Positions 17,837-26,489 of a stretch of 64,000 bases of DNA are shown one piece after another. The position numbers were made by a program, and so were the translations under genes. The stretch is taken from positions 5,670-69,669 of the forward strand of contig JBAZYD010000007.1 of assembly GCA_041659465.1 (NCBI GenBank), given 5' to 3'. Under the pieces are notes generated by a model, which was not told the DNA's origin, searched no databases, and saw only the letters and a list, made by a program, of their open reading frames with translations. The DNA comes from Candidatus Micrarchaeia archaeon (GTDB lineage Archaea > Micrarchaeota > Micrarchaeia > Anstonellales > Anstonellaceae). The first letter of the stretch is position 1. Every line of letters begins with the position of its first letter.

Positions 17837-18304
17837 ATGGCGTTTGCTCAAACTAGAAGTCTGGCGGGTGCAGCACAGGGACAAGCCGCACTATTGACAC
17901 CGGTTGTTCAGCGGACAACTATGAGGGACATAATCCTCAGAGGGCAGAGGAAGGTTGACGAGGTAAGAAAAACTGCGCCTCCGCTGTTCATAGAAAGAGA
18001 TATTTTGAGCCTGATAGCTAGTAATTATCGCTATGAAGACAGGTTACTTAATGATGTTGACGACCGGATACATTACAATGACACTAAGATACTGTTTAAC
18101 CACTCGCCAGAAGGGATTTTTAGAAATTTGCCTGAAAAAAACTATATGAAAAGTATTAATGCGCTCAACGCAGCAAGGCAACACCTCGTGTGTGAAAATA
18201 GCGAAAAGCACGACGAAGCCATAAAAAAGCTCGAGGAAGTTGGTGAGAGACTCAGGACGCTAGAACGGATTTTCGATAACAATCTTTGTTATGCCCTGAG
18301 ATAA
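17837..18304 (+). CDS. Hypothetical protein in a low-GC islet
   Basis: ATG at 17837 follows the TATA-like tttatata at 17795-17802. GC drops to about 33% at 18001-18060. No family recognised. Confidence 0.45.
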   Translation: MAFAQTRSLAGAAQGQAALLTPVVQRTTMRDIILRGQRKVDEVRKTAPPLFIERDILSLIASNYRYEDRLLNDVDDRIHYNDTKILFNHSPEGIFRNLPEKNYMKSINALNAARQHLVCENSEKHDEAIKKLEEVGERLRTLERIFDNNLCYALR

Positions 18305-18717
18305 TCACTACCAATGTTTTAACCAAGGCGAGGGGCAAACGGGTCTCTTCAGGTGCGGGTTTTATATACCCCCAAAACCATATATCCGTGCTGCGCGTGG
18401 ATGGCAGAAGGAGCTTCCAGCTGTGAATTGCCTGTCAACAGCGCGCCGCACACACGAAGCATAGGAAAAATTGACATTAACGCTCCGGGAAAAAAGTTCC
18501 CGGTTTCAAGAAAACAGAAGGAACATCATTGCCCGCGCATGCGCGGGCTGGCATCACAAGGATTTCACGCTCATTTCCCGGCGCACGATTGCGCTGAGGG
18601 GCGGCTTATGGCCGCTGAACAACCGGCGACAGCCGGCTTGAGCAGGCAAATCTTTTCGATGGAATATGTGCCGCATTGCGCGTTTGCGCTGCGCGGCATG
18701 GTTTCGGAGAAAATGCA

Positions 18718-18984
18718 ATGGCAACGGTATTTTCAGTCCGCGCGCACCCTGGCGCCAAGAGGCTTCGCCTCTGCCTGGTGTCGGAGTCGCCACTCGTGCT
18801 GAAAGCAGACATACCCGAAGCGCCCGAGGATGGGCGCGCCAACCGGTTCCTTCTTCTGGAGCTTGAAAAAGCGCTAGCCTGCCGCGTTGAATTGCGGTCA
18901 GGGCACACGAGCAAAAGGAAAACCCTGGCTGCAGAGTGTGACGCAGCCAGAATAATCGAAGCAATCAAAGCACAAGAAAGATGA
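18718..18984 (+). CDS. DUF167 (YggU/UPF0235) family protein
   Basis: FSVRAHPGAKRLRL...LKADIPEAPEDGRANRFLLLELEKAL...VELRSGHTSKRKTL matches the YggU pattern. Start at MATVF. Confidence 0.75.
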   Translation: MATVFSVRAHPGAKRLRLCLVSESPLVLKADIPEAPEDGRANRFLLLELEKALACRVELRSGHTSKRKTLAAECDAARIIEAIKAQER

Positions 18985-19005
18985 ATGCAAAAATAAGGTG
19001 AAATT

Positions 19006-20403
19006 ATGGGAAAGACATACATTGACACGGTAAAGTACCTGGTTTACGCTAATCTTGAGATTGACGGATTGGTGGAAAAGCCCGACGTCGTCGGCGCAAT
19101 CTTCGGGCAGACCGAAGGGCTGCTTGGCGACGAGCTGGACCTCCGCGACCTGCAGAAGAACGGCAGGATTGGCAGGATTGAGGTGGACCTCAACCCGCGC
19201 GGCGGAAGGAGCGTGGGCAAGATAAAGCTGCCCTCCTCGCTTGACATGGTGGAGACCTGCATACTTGCCGCTGCGCTTGAGACGGTGGACCGCGTAGGGC
19301 CATGCGAGGCGAAAATCGGCATCGAGAAGGTGGAGGACACCAGGAATGCCAAGCGCAAGATTCTCGTTGACAGGGCAAAGACGCTGCTCAAGAGCATGCT
19401 CATGCACGAGATACCCGAGAGCAAGGAAATCTCCGAGATGGTGCGCCAGGAAGTCAAGGTCGCGGAAATCTCCGAGTACGGCCCAGAGAAGCTTCCCTGC
19501 GGCCCTGGCATCGAGAAAGTTGATGCCATAGTCATAGTGGAGGGCAGGGCGGACGTGCTCAACCTCCTCAAGAACGACGTGCAGAACGTGGTCGCAGTGG
19601 GAGGCGCAAACGTCACCAATGCGATTGCAAAGCTTGCGCGCGAGAAGGAAGTCACGGTCTTTTTGGACGGCGACCGCGGAGGGGACATCATCCTAAACGA
19701 GCTTGCGCGCGTGGCCGACATCGACTTCGTTGCGCGCGCGCCTGTGGGCAAGGAAGTTGAGGAGCTGTCAAGGAAGGAGCTCATCAAGTGCCTGAGGTCA
19801 AAGGTGCCATACGAAACCAGCCAGCCCATGAGCCAGGTGGGAGAGGACAGGAAGGACAAGTACCCCACATACGGGCGCGAGCGCGACAGGAACCAGCGGG
19901 GGGGCAGGTATGACGACCGCCACCGCCAGAGGCGCGACGACAGGCAGGACGTGATGCCGCCGCTGCCGGAAACGCAGCAGCAGGCAGCGCCGCAGCAATC
20001 GGCGATGGCAACGCAGGCAACCCCGATGGAGCAGCAAAGCATGCCCCAGCAAGCGCCAATGCGCGAGCAGGCGCCTGTTGCGCAGGCCGCGCCAGCAGCT
20101 CCTGTTGCGCAAAAGCCCGCCGAAGTGCCGCCCGCGCTCCTCGCCTCGCTTGACGAGCTTGAGAACACGCTGCGCGCGCGCTTCTACAACGCAGAGCTTG
20201 CAGCGACGAAAGAGATGCCCGTGCGCGAGATGATGAAAAGCCTTGAGGACGAGCGCGACATATACTCCATCGTCTTCGACGGAATCATCACGCAGAGGCT
20301 TGCCGACATGGCCGAGAACAAGAAAATCGGCATACTGGTGGGCATCAAGCTCGGGAACGTGTTCCGCAAGCCCGCAAGCGTGCTGATACACACCAAGACT
20401 TAA
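19006..20403 (+). CDS. dnaG: Archaeal DnaG primase-like protein (TOPRIM, exosome-associated)
   Basis: YLVYANLEIDGLVEKPDVVGAIFGQTEGLLG (archaeal DnaG N-terminus), TOPRIM IVEGRADVLNLL...FLDGDRGGD. Contains a long Q/R/P-rich insert. Confidence 0.9.
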   Translation: MGKTYIDTVKYLVYANLEIDGLVEKPDVVGAIFGQTEGLLGDELDLRDLQKNGRIGRIEVDLNPRGGRSVGKIKLPSSLDMVETCILAAALETVDRVGPCEAKIGIEKVEDTRNAKRKILVDRAKTLLKSMLMHEIPESKEISEMVRQEVKVAEISEYGPEKLPCGPGIEKVDAIVIVEGRADVLNLLKNDVQNVVAVGGANVTNAIAKLAREKEVTVFLDGDRGGDIILNELARVADIDFVARAPVGKEVEELSRKELIKCLRSKVPYETSQPMSQVGEDRKDKYPTYGRERDRNQRGGRYDDRHRQRRDDRQDVMPPLPETQQQAAPQQSAMATQATPMEQQSMPQQAPMREQAPVAQAAPAAPVAQKPAEVPPALLASLDELENTLRARFYNAELAATKEMPVREMMKSLEDERDIYSIVFDGIITQRLADMAENKKIGILVGIKLGNVFRKPASVLIHTKT

Positions 20404-20405
20404 GT

Positions 20406-20450
20406 TGGCGCATTTGCGCCATTCTTTTTCTTTTCTTCTTTTATTTTTTG
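20406..20450 (+). terminator. Hairpin plus T-tract downstream of dnaG
   Basis: ggcgcatttgcgcc hairpin followed by ttctttttcttttcttcttttatttttt. Confidence 0.5.
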
Positions 20451-20471
20451 GGCTAATGTGAATAAGATGAA

Positions 20472-20563
20472 TGGGCCCACGAGGATGGAGCGCGAAGCGC
20501 GACAGATTTTGCGCGCAGCGCAAAACGTGGGCACACGAGCAGCAGCGAGTGGGCCCACGAGGA
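20472..20563. repeat. 14-nt exact direct repeat tgggcccacgagga (20472-20485 and 20550-20563)
   Basis: The second copy is the 3' acceptor strand plus T-stem of tRNA-Val. The first copy lies 64 nt beyond the tRNA 3' end. The spacer contains the perfect hairpin TTTTGCGC-TGC-GCGCAAAA. Confidence 0.8.
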
Positions 20564-20693
20564 ATCGAACCCCGAGTCTTCTGCACGTCAAGCAGACGTC
20601 TTACCATTGTCGAACCCATTTGCACTTTTCCGTTGACGCTTTTGCGAGCGTGCCCATCTGGAGCGAGCAAAAGGGTCATTCGACTATAGGCCC
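20550..20693 (-). tRNA. tRNA-Val (anticodon GAC) with an about 70-72-nt intron in the D-loop (about 20605-20677)
   Basis: Exon 1 is GGGCCTA-TA-GTCG-AAT(G). Exon 2 is (AT)GGTAAGAC-G-TCTGC-TTGACGT-GCAGA-AGACT-CGGGG-TTCGATT-CCTCG-TGGGCCC-A. BHB-like: TCGA/TCGA 4-bp helix flanked by 3-nt bulges ATG and CAA, then an ACCC/GGGT helix. Confidence 0.8.
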
Positions 20694-20751
20694 CTGTAAA
20701 ACTGTTTTCTGCTGCCTAAGCTTTAAGAAGGTTCAGGGAGCAAGGGGGAAT

Positions 20752-21564
20752 ATGGCAGCAACAGCGTCTTGCCCCGCGTACGTGACAGGCTTATTCCTGA
20801 TTGGGGACAAGGACGCGGTTGGCGCTGGTTTCGGGATAGGCAAGCACCTCACCACCATTGTGTCAGAGAAGAAAAGCGGAAGGACTACGATAACGCTGAA
20901 CGGGCAGGAGGGCGCGCTCCCGGTTTCCAAAGCAGTGCTGCGCCGCTACATGGAGAAAGGCTGCAGGCTCGGGCTCCTCGACATACAGCACGCCACAGAG
21001 GTGCCTGTGGGCTTCGGGCTTGGCATGAGCGCGGCTGGCGCGCTTTCGCTTTCCCTTGCCCTAAATGAGCAGCTGGGCGCGGGGCTGCCGCGCGAGGAGT
21101 GCATCAAGATAGCGCATGATGCAGACGTGGAGTGCGGCACGGGCCTGTCAGGGGTGGATGCAGCCGCAATAGGGGGCATGCTTGCGAGGAGGAGCCCGTC
21201 CGAGCAGCCGCTGCAGCTTCCTTTCGAGGAGCGTGCGCTTGAAATCGCATTCTACACGCCCATAAAGACATCAAGCGTGATCAATTCCGCCGAATGGAAA
21301 AAAAGGGTGAACGCCGCCGGGAAAGAGGCGCTTGACCTGCTTTTTGTGAACAGGAACTGGGAAGGGCTGGTGGCATCGTCCCGGCAATTTGCCCAAAAAT
21401 CCGGCCTGGCGGACTGGTGCGCGCACGAGATGGGGTCGAACCCGCGCGCAAGCATGGCAATGCTCGGGCACACCCTTTTCTCCGACATCCCGATGTTCCT
21501 TTCGCGCAAGCCTTTTATGCTCATGAAGGCAAAGACCGCTCAAGACGGGGCAAAATTGCTGTAG
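20752..21564 (+). CDS. Pantoate kinase (archaeal CoA pathway, GHMP family, COG1829)
   Basis: CPAYVTGLF..., GHMP motif PVGFGLGMSAAGALSLSLAL, AHDADVECGTGLSGVDAAAIGG, NPRASMAMLG. Resembles my recollection of T. kodakarensis PoK. Start at MAATAS, after the tRNA. Confidence 0.75.
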   Translation: MAATASCPAYVTGLFLIGDKDAVGAGFGIGKHLTTIVSEKKSGRTTITLNGQEGALPVSKAVLRRYMEKGCRLGLLDIQHATEVPVGFGLGMSAAGALSLSLALNEQLGAGLPREECIKIAHDADVECGTGLSGVDAAAIGGMLARRSPSEQPLQLPFEERALEIAFYTPIKTSSVINSAEWKKRVNAAGKEALDLLFVNRNWEGLVASSRQFAQKSGLADWCAHEMGSNPRASMAMLGHTLFSDIPMFLSRKPFMLMKAKTAQDGAKLL

Positions 21565-21572
21565 GTGCTTTG

Positions 21573-22286
21573 ATGGCGAAAAAAAGAGTTGACATATCGG
21601 TGATAGTCCCTGCTTACAACGAGGAGAAATACATCGGCGCGTGCCTTGCGGCGATAAAGAGGCAGAGGTTCACTGGCACCTACGAGATAGTGGTGGGCGA
21701 CGGCCACAGCACCGACCACACCGGGAGGATCGCCCGCGACTATGGCGCGCGCGTGGTCGAGGAGAAATTCGGGACACCCTCCGGCGGCAGGTACATTGCA
21801 GCCAAGGGCGCCCGCGGCAGGATATTCGCATTCACAAGCTCGGACGTCCAGCCGTGCCAGGACTGGCTCCAGAGCATCTGCGACGCGTTCGAGGACAAGG
21901 ATGTCGCATGGGTGGTGGGGGGAGTAAGGCCTTTCGAGGGCAACCTGCTCGAGTACGCAGGGGCAGGCATCCTCAACTTCCTGGCAGCCACCCTGAACCG
22001 CGTGGGGCTTGCATACGTCAACGGGGACAATGTCGCCGCGAGGGCGGATGCGTACAGGAAATGCGGCGGCTTCAACCCCAGGCTCATGACTTCGGAGGAC
22101 ACCGACCTGGGCATGAAGCTCATGCATTGCGGGAAGTTCCGCTATGCCTGGAGGGCGAGCGTGTTCATCTCGATGCGCCGCGTGCGCAAATGGGGCTACC
22201 TGAACTTCGCGCTCTTCCACACGGGCAATTTCGTTTCCACGCACTTCCTGCGCAGGCCTGCCAGCATGTACGCACCCATAAGATAG
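21573..22286 (+). CDS. Family 2 glycosyltransferase
   Basis: ISVIVPAYNEEKYIGACLAAIKRQ...YEIVVGDGHSTDHT...TSEDTDLGMKL is the GT-A DxD/ED pattern. Confidence 0.85.
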   Translation: MAKKRVDISVIVPAYNEEKYIGACLAAIKRQRFTGTYEIVVGDGHSTDHTGRIARDYGARVVEEKFGTPSGGRYIAAKGARGRIFAFTSSDVQPCQDWLQSICDAFEDKDVAWVVGGVRPFEGNLLEYAGAGILNFLAATLNRVGLAYVNGDNVAARADAYRKCGGFNPRLMTSEDTDLGMKLMHCGKFRYAWRASVFISMRRVRKWGYLNFALFHTGNFVSTHFLRRPASMYAPIR

Positions 22287-22352
22287 CGCATTGTCAACAC
22301 GGGGGGTTTGGGCGGTGCCGGACTAAGGGGGCGCAGCCCCCTTGGGCTGGCA

Positions 22353-23186
22353 TCAGAAGAAAGTGCCCACTTTTTTCCTCATGTTCACTGCAAAGTGCCT
22401 GCCGAGGCCCGACTTGAAAAGGAGTATCTCGCCTTTTGCGCCAAGCACTTCGCCTATTATCGTGTGCGTCTCGTCCGCGCGGGGCACTCGCGGGTAGCGG
22501 GAGGCGAATTCCTGTATGTCCGGCGTGAAATCCGGTACCGCGCCCGAGTGCTGCACGAGCTCGACATGCGCCGTGAAGTTGTCGCGCGCAAAGCCGTGGT
22601 CGAACTCAAGGCGCCTCATTTTCTGCGAAAGCCTCACCGAGTTCGAGAAATTGAAGCGCGACTGGACGGATGATTCAGCCGCATAGATTTTGTCAGGCCC
22701 GGCAAATTGCGCGATGATGCAGCCGAAGTCCGCGCCCTGCTCCAGCATCCTGTGCAGGAAGCGCTCCTTCCTCGTCACCCCGCATTTGACGATGTCGTCT
22801 CCGAAACCTGCCAGGTAAAGCGCGTATTCCTCCTTTTTCGCCTCCTCGTAAAGCAAAGGGTAGCCCGAGAAATCGCCTTTCGTGTATGCACGGGACATGT
22901 CAAGCGCGCTGCATGTGGGGCATTGGCGCGTGTGTATCGCGCTGTTTTTGCATTCGTGGTAGCCGTCGGGCGCCCTGTAGCCTATGCAGGAGAGCCTTTC
23001 GGTGAAGTTGATGTCCTGGCTGCCCTCAAGCTCCAGCGTGCCGATTGCCCCATCCTGCCGGAACAGCAGGGTGGGCTTTGCCTCGCCCGAATAGAAACGC
23101 AGCAGGTGCCTTTGCATAAGGCAGTAAGCCGCGCAAACTGCTTTTAAGCGTTTCCCAAGCTTGGTGCCGGTGCACTTCCAGTGCAC
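22353..23186 (-). CDS. Hypothetical protein with a Cys/His cluster
   Basis: 277-aa ORF containing CIGYRAPDGYHECKN...CPTCS and YALYLAGFGDDIVKCGVTRKERFLHR. No confident family. The start may be an internal Met. Confidence 0.5.
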   Translation of the reverse strand: MHWKCTGTKLGKRLKAVCAAYCLMQRHLLRFYSGEAKPTLLFRQDGAIGTLELEGSQDINFTERLSCIGYRAPDGYHECKNSAIHTRQCPTCSALDMSRAYTKGDFSGYPLLYEEAKKEEYALYLAGFGDDIVKCGVTRKERFLHRMLEQGADFGCIIAQFAGPDKIYAAESSVQSRFNFSNSVRLSQKMRRLEFDHGFARDNFTAHVELVQHSGAVPDFTPDIQEFASRYPRVPRADETHTIIGEVLGAKGEILLFKSGLGRHFAVNMRKKVGTFF

Positions 23187-23230
23187 TGCACGCCAAATTC
23201 ATTGGAATTTGGCTGTGCCGGTGGCAGGGA

Positions 23231-23947
23231 TTATGGGACATGCGGCGGCTTTGCATCGGCTATCGCGTGGTTTCCGCTGGCGCGCTTCCCCTCAAGCGCG
23301 CCTGCCACGGCATCAAGAATTTTCTTCGAGTAGCGCCCTTGCAGGCCCGCCATGCCACGACCTGCGAATATGCGGCTGCCTGCGCCAAACGACGCGCCCA
23401 GGAAGGAGGCTGTCCAGAGAATGAGGACCGCGGCGTTGTTCTCGAAATGTAACTGGAGGAATGTTGCCAGCGCAAGCAGGGGCACAAAAACGGCCATGAT
23501 GATTTTCGGAATGCGGAATTTGGAAACCGCCCTGGACAGGAAGCGCGCATCATCAGACTCGGTTGGCATGCCGCTCATGAGATGGGTTTCATTCCTGTAG
23601 GCCTTTGAAGACGGGAACGCCTTGTATGCCTGCAGGGCGGCAGCGTCCATGTCGCTTGGGAAGCGGATTGGGGAGCCTGCAAGGGCAGTGGCGGAAACCG
23701 CTTTCTCGAATTCTTCCACGCGCCTTTCATAGAGGGCGACTTGGGGGCTATTCGCGCCTTTCCCTTCCGAGGCAGGGTGGAGCGATTCGAAGTAGTGGAG
23801 CGGATCCATGCCTGCCTTTTTTGCAGCCCGGGAAAGCCGGCAGTGCGCAAGCGCAAGCTTGTGGAAACCCTTGCGCGAGAATGGCGCGCCATCTGGCGAA
23901 TTCCCTGCAATGCCCGCCTGTGGCAGGATGTGCTGTAAGTTGCTCAT
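23231..23947 (-). CDS. Hypothetical membrane protein (C-terminal TM pair)
   Basis: Start set at MSNLQH (ATG 23947), because the longer ORF would overlap the kbl start and promoter region. Confidence 0.45.
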   Translation of the reverse strand: MSNLQHILPQAGIAGNSPDGAPFSRKGFHKLALAHCRLSRAAKKAGMDPLHYFESLHPASEGKGANSPQVALYERRVEEFEKAVSATALAGSPIRFPSDMDAAALQAYKAFPSSKAYRNETHLMSGMPTESDDARFLSRAVSKFRIPKIIMAVFVPLLALATFLQLHFENNAAVLILWTASFLGASFGAGSRIFAGRGMAGLQGRYSKKILDAVAGALEGKRASGNHAIADAKPPHVP

Positions 23948-24101
23948 AATCTTGCCCTTGCTCGCATTGTGGTTACATGTGTGTATAAAAGTTTGCCATG
24001 CCAGTTCGATATTAAGCGCACACTCTTGTCGGAGCATCGACAATCGGACAAAACGGTTTATATCATGTGCGGCTGCAAGCGTTAGGATAAGAGGTGGAGA
24101 C

Positions 24102-25292
24102 ATGTCATTGGACGCGTTTTTGGCATCGGAAGTGAAGGCAATCCGCGACAAGAACCTGGACTGGAAGCTGCGCGAGCTCCAGGGGCCCTCAGTCCCGCGT
24201 GCGCGCGTGAACGGGAAGGACGTAATCATGTTCTGCTCGAACAATTACCTCGGGCTTTCCAACCGGCCGGAACTCAAGAAAGCCGCCATCGAGGCTGTTG
24301 AAAAATACGGCGCAGGTTCAGGCTCGGTGCGCGCGATTGCAGGCTCGCAGGATTTGCACTTCAAGCTTGAGCGCGCGATTGCGCATTTCAAGCACACAGA
24401 GGCAGCGATTTACTTCCAGACCGGCTTTGCCGCAAATGCAGGCGCCTTGCCGCAGCTTGTGGTGGAGGGCGACCTTGCGATTTCGGACGCGCTCAACCAT
24501 GGCAGCATAATTGACGGCGTGCGGCTTTCAAAATGCGAGCGCGCGATTTTCAAGCACAAGGACATGGCCGACCTTGAGAGAGTGCTGAAGGAGGCGAAGG
24601 CAAAGACGCCTGCCTACAACAAGATATTCATCATCACCGACGGCGTGTTTTCCATGGACGGGGACATTGCACCGCTGGACAAGATACATGAATTGGCGCA
24701 GCAATACGGCGCATACGTGTATGTGGACGACGCGCACGGCGACGGGGTGCTGGGCGACCACGGCAGGGGCATTGTGTCGCACTTCAAGCTTGAGAAGAAA
24801 ATAGAGTGCGACATGGGCACGTTCTCGAAAGGGTTTGGAGTGGTGGGCGGCTCCATTGCGGGCTCGCAGCACCTCTATGATTTCCTGCAGAACAAGGCGC
24901 GCACATGGCTGCTGTCAGGCTCAGCCCCGCCGGCAACCGTTGCGGCATGCACCGCGGCGCTGGAATTGCTGGAGCGCGACGACACGCTTGTGCGCCAGCT
25001 CTGGGACAACACAAAATACTTCAAGAAGGAAATGCAGGCGCTTGGCTTCAACACCGGCGAGTCGGAGACGCCAATCACGCCCATCATGCTTGGAGAGAGC
25101 AAGCTCGCGCAGGACTTTGCGGCGGAGATTTTCAACGAGGGCGTGTTCGCGCTGCCAATCGTTTTCCCCATGGTGGCAAAGGACAAGGCAAGGATACGCG
25201 TGATGGTGACTGCCGCGCACACGAGGGAAGACCTCAACGACGCGCTCGCGATTTTCGAGAAGGTCGGGAAGAAATTGTCAGTTCTGAAGTGA
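24102..25292 (+). CDS. kbl: 2-amino-3-ketobutyrate CoA ligase / 8-amino-7-oxononanoate synthase family (PLP)
   Basis: FCSNNYLGLS, DALNHGSIIDG, ITDGVFSMDGDIAPL, VDDAHGDGVLG, GTFSKGFG (PLP lysine). Confidence 0.85.
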   Translation: MSLDAFLASEVKAIRDKNLDWKLRELQGPSVPRARVNGKDVIMFCSNNYLGLSNRPELKKAAIEAVEKYGAGSGSVRAIAGSQDLHFKLERAIAHFKHTEAAIYFQTGFAANAGALPQLVVEGDLAISDALNHGSIIDGVRLSKCERAIFKHKDMADLERVLKEAKAKTPAYNKIFIITDGVFSMDGDIAPLDKIHELAQQYGAYVYVDDAHGDGVLGDHGRGIVSHFKLEKKIECDMGTFSKGFGVVGGSIAGSQHLYDFLQNKARTWLLSGSAPPATVAACTAALELLERDDTLVRQLWDNTKYFKKEMQALGFNTGESETPITPIMLGESKLAQDFAAEIFNEGVFALPIVFPMVAKDKARIRVMVTAAHTREDLNDALAIFEKVGKKLSVLK

Positions 25293-25296
25293 ACTT

Positions 25297-26064
25297 ATGG
25301 CTGCAACCACCAGGCAGGAAAAGGAAAGGATTTCAGCCGAGGCGCAGAGGCACATCGACGCCGAGCAGGGAAAGGGCAAAGGCGCGCTCCTGTCTGACGT
25401 GATACTGGGCGGGCAGGACGGGCTTGTCAATGTGCTTGGCATTGTGCTTGGCGTGGCATCGGCAACGAATGACAGGTTCATTGTCCTTATCGCAGGGCTC
25501 GTTGCCACTTTTGCGGAATCCGTTTCCATGGCTGCGGTTGCCTATGCCTCGGTGCGCGCAGACGAAGACCACTACAACCGCGAGCTTGCGAACGAAAGGT
25601 GGGAAATGAAGCATTTGCCAGAGGTGGAACGCGAGGAGATACGCCTCATCTACATGAAAAAGGGCTACCGCGGGAAAAAGCTCGAGCAGATGGTGGACAA
25701 CACCTGCTCCAACGACGAGATGTGGCTGCACATGATGATGACTGATGAGCTGGGGCTCACCCCGCCAGAGGCGGCAGCCCCGCTTCGCGCTGCGACCATA
25801 GTGGGCGTTTCCGCGCTTGTGGGCTCGTTTGTGCCCCTTATCCCTTTTGTTTTCCTATCCGTGTCGGACGCGCTCATTCCTTCCCTCATCCTTTCCACGC
25901 TCGTGCTTTTCGGCGTTGGGGTGTACAAAGCGCGCATAACTGTGGGCAGCTGGTGGAAGTCAGGCATTGAGATGGCGGCTGTCGGCATGATTGCCGCGCT
26001 TGTGGGCTATTTTGTAGGGAAAGTGCTTGGCGACTGGTTCGGCTTGAAAAATCTCCCGGCCTGA
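25297..26064 (+). CDS. VIT1/CCC1-family iron/manganese transporter
   Basis: GGQDGLVNVLGIVLGVASAT plus C-terminal TM helices, typical of the VIT family. Confidence 0.8.
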   Translation: MAATTRQEKERISAEAQRHIDAEQGKGKGALLSDVILGGQDGLVNVLGIVLGVASATNDRFIVLIAGLVATFAESVSMAAVAYASVRADEDHYNRELANERWEMKHLPEVEREEIRLIYMKKGYRGKKLEQMVDNTCSNDEMWLHMMMTDELGLTPPEAAAPLRAATIVGVSALVGSFVPLIPFVFLSVSDALIPSLILSTLVLFGVGVYKARITVGSWWKSGIEMAAVGMIAALVGYFVGKVLGDWFGLKNLPA

Positions 26065-26140
26065 GATTTTTCAGGATTTGAATGAGGGCGGGCCCGAATT
26101 CAGATAAGATGAAGAATGTGCCAGCCTAGATAAAACGAAA

Positions 26141-26479
26141 TTAAGCGAGCTTTGCGCCGTTTTTCACTTTCCTTTCAGGCATTGCAAGCACGATTTCCCC
26201 GTTCTCCTCCACAAAGCCGCAGGTGAGGCACTCCGAGGTGAAGTTTGCAACCTGCTTGGGAGGGAAGTTGATGCAGCAGAGCACCTGCTTCCCAAGAAGC
26301 TCCTCTTTTCTGTAAAGCTTGGTGTACTGGCCGCTTGACTTTTTGGTGCCGATTTCCGGGCCGAAGTCTATCCAAAATTTGTAAGCCGGCTTTTTTGCCT
26401 CCGGAAAATCCTCGACCTTGATTATCGTGCCGATTCTCAGCTCGACTTTCTCAAAATCCCCCCATGTGATTTGTTCCAT
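26141..26479 (-). CDS. csaA: tRNA-binding protein CsaA/Trbp111 (EMAP-type OB fold)
   Basis: DFEKVELRIGTIIKVEDFPEAKKPAYKFWIDFG...QVLCCINFPPKQVANFTSE. Confidence 0.85.
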   Translation of the reverse strand: MEQITWGDFEKVELRIGTIIKVEDFPEAKKPAYKFWIDFGPEIGTKKSSGQYTKLYRKEELLGKQVLCCINFPPKQVANFTSECLTCGFVEENGEIVLAMPERKVKNGAKLA

Positions 26480-26489
26480 GGAGTTTCAC

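Noticed and set aside
18353-18802. 149-aa ORF, and the idea that 18390-18700 is SRP (7S) RNA
   Set aside because: The ORF product is Cys/His/Arg-rich and overlaps the DUF167 gene out of frame. For SRP RNA, a GNRA-capped helix flanked by UGAAC and GAGCAGG looked helix-8-like. However, the spacing differs from the GGAA/AGCA consensus. I also found no long helix 5 and no Alu-domain loop pairing, only serial local hairpins.
19044-20168. 374-aa minus-strand ORF
   Set aside because: It is antisense to dnaG and its low-complexity S/A/C/R-rich product is a shadow ORF.
20472-20556. An 85-nt segment bounded by GGGCCCA...TGGGCCCA that could mimic a tRNA acceptor stem
   Set aside because: I could draw no D, anticodon or T arms. 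The terminal pairing is a by-product of the palindromic GGGCCC inside the 14-nt repeat.
20458-20751. N-terminal extension of the pantoate kinase ORF
   Set aside because: It runs across the tRNA-Val gene and its promoter. Homology to pantoate kinase begins at MAATAS (20752).
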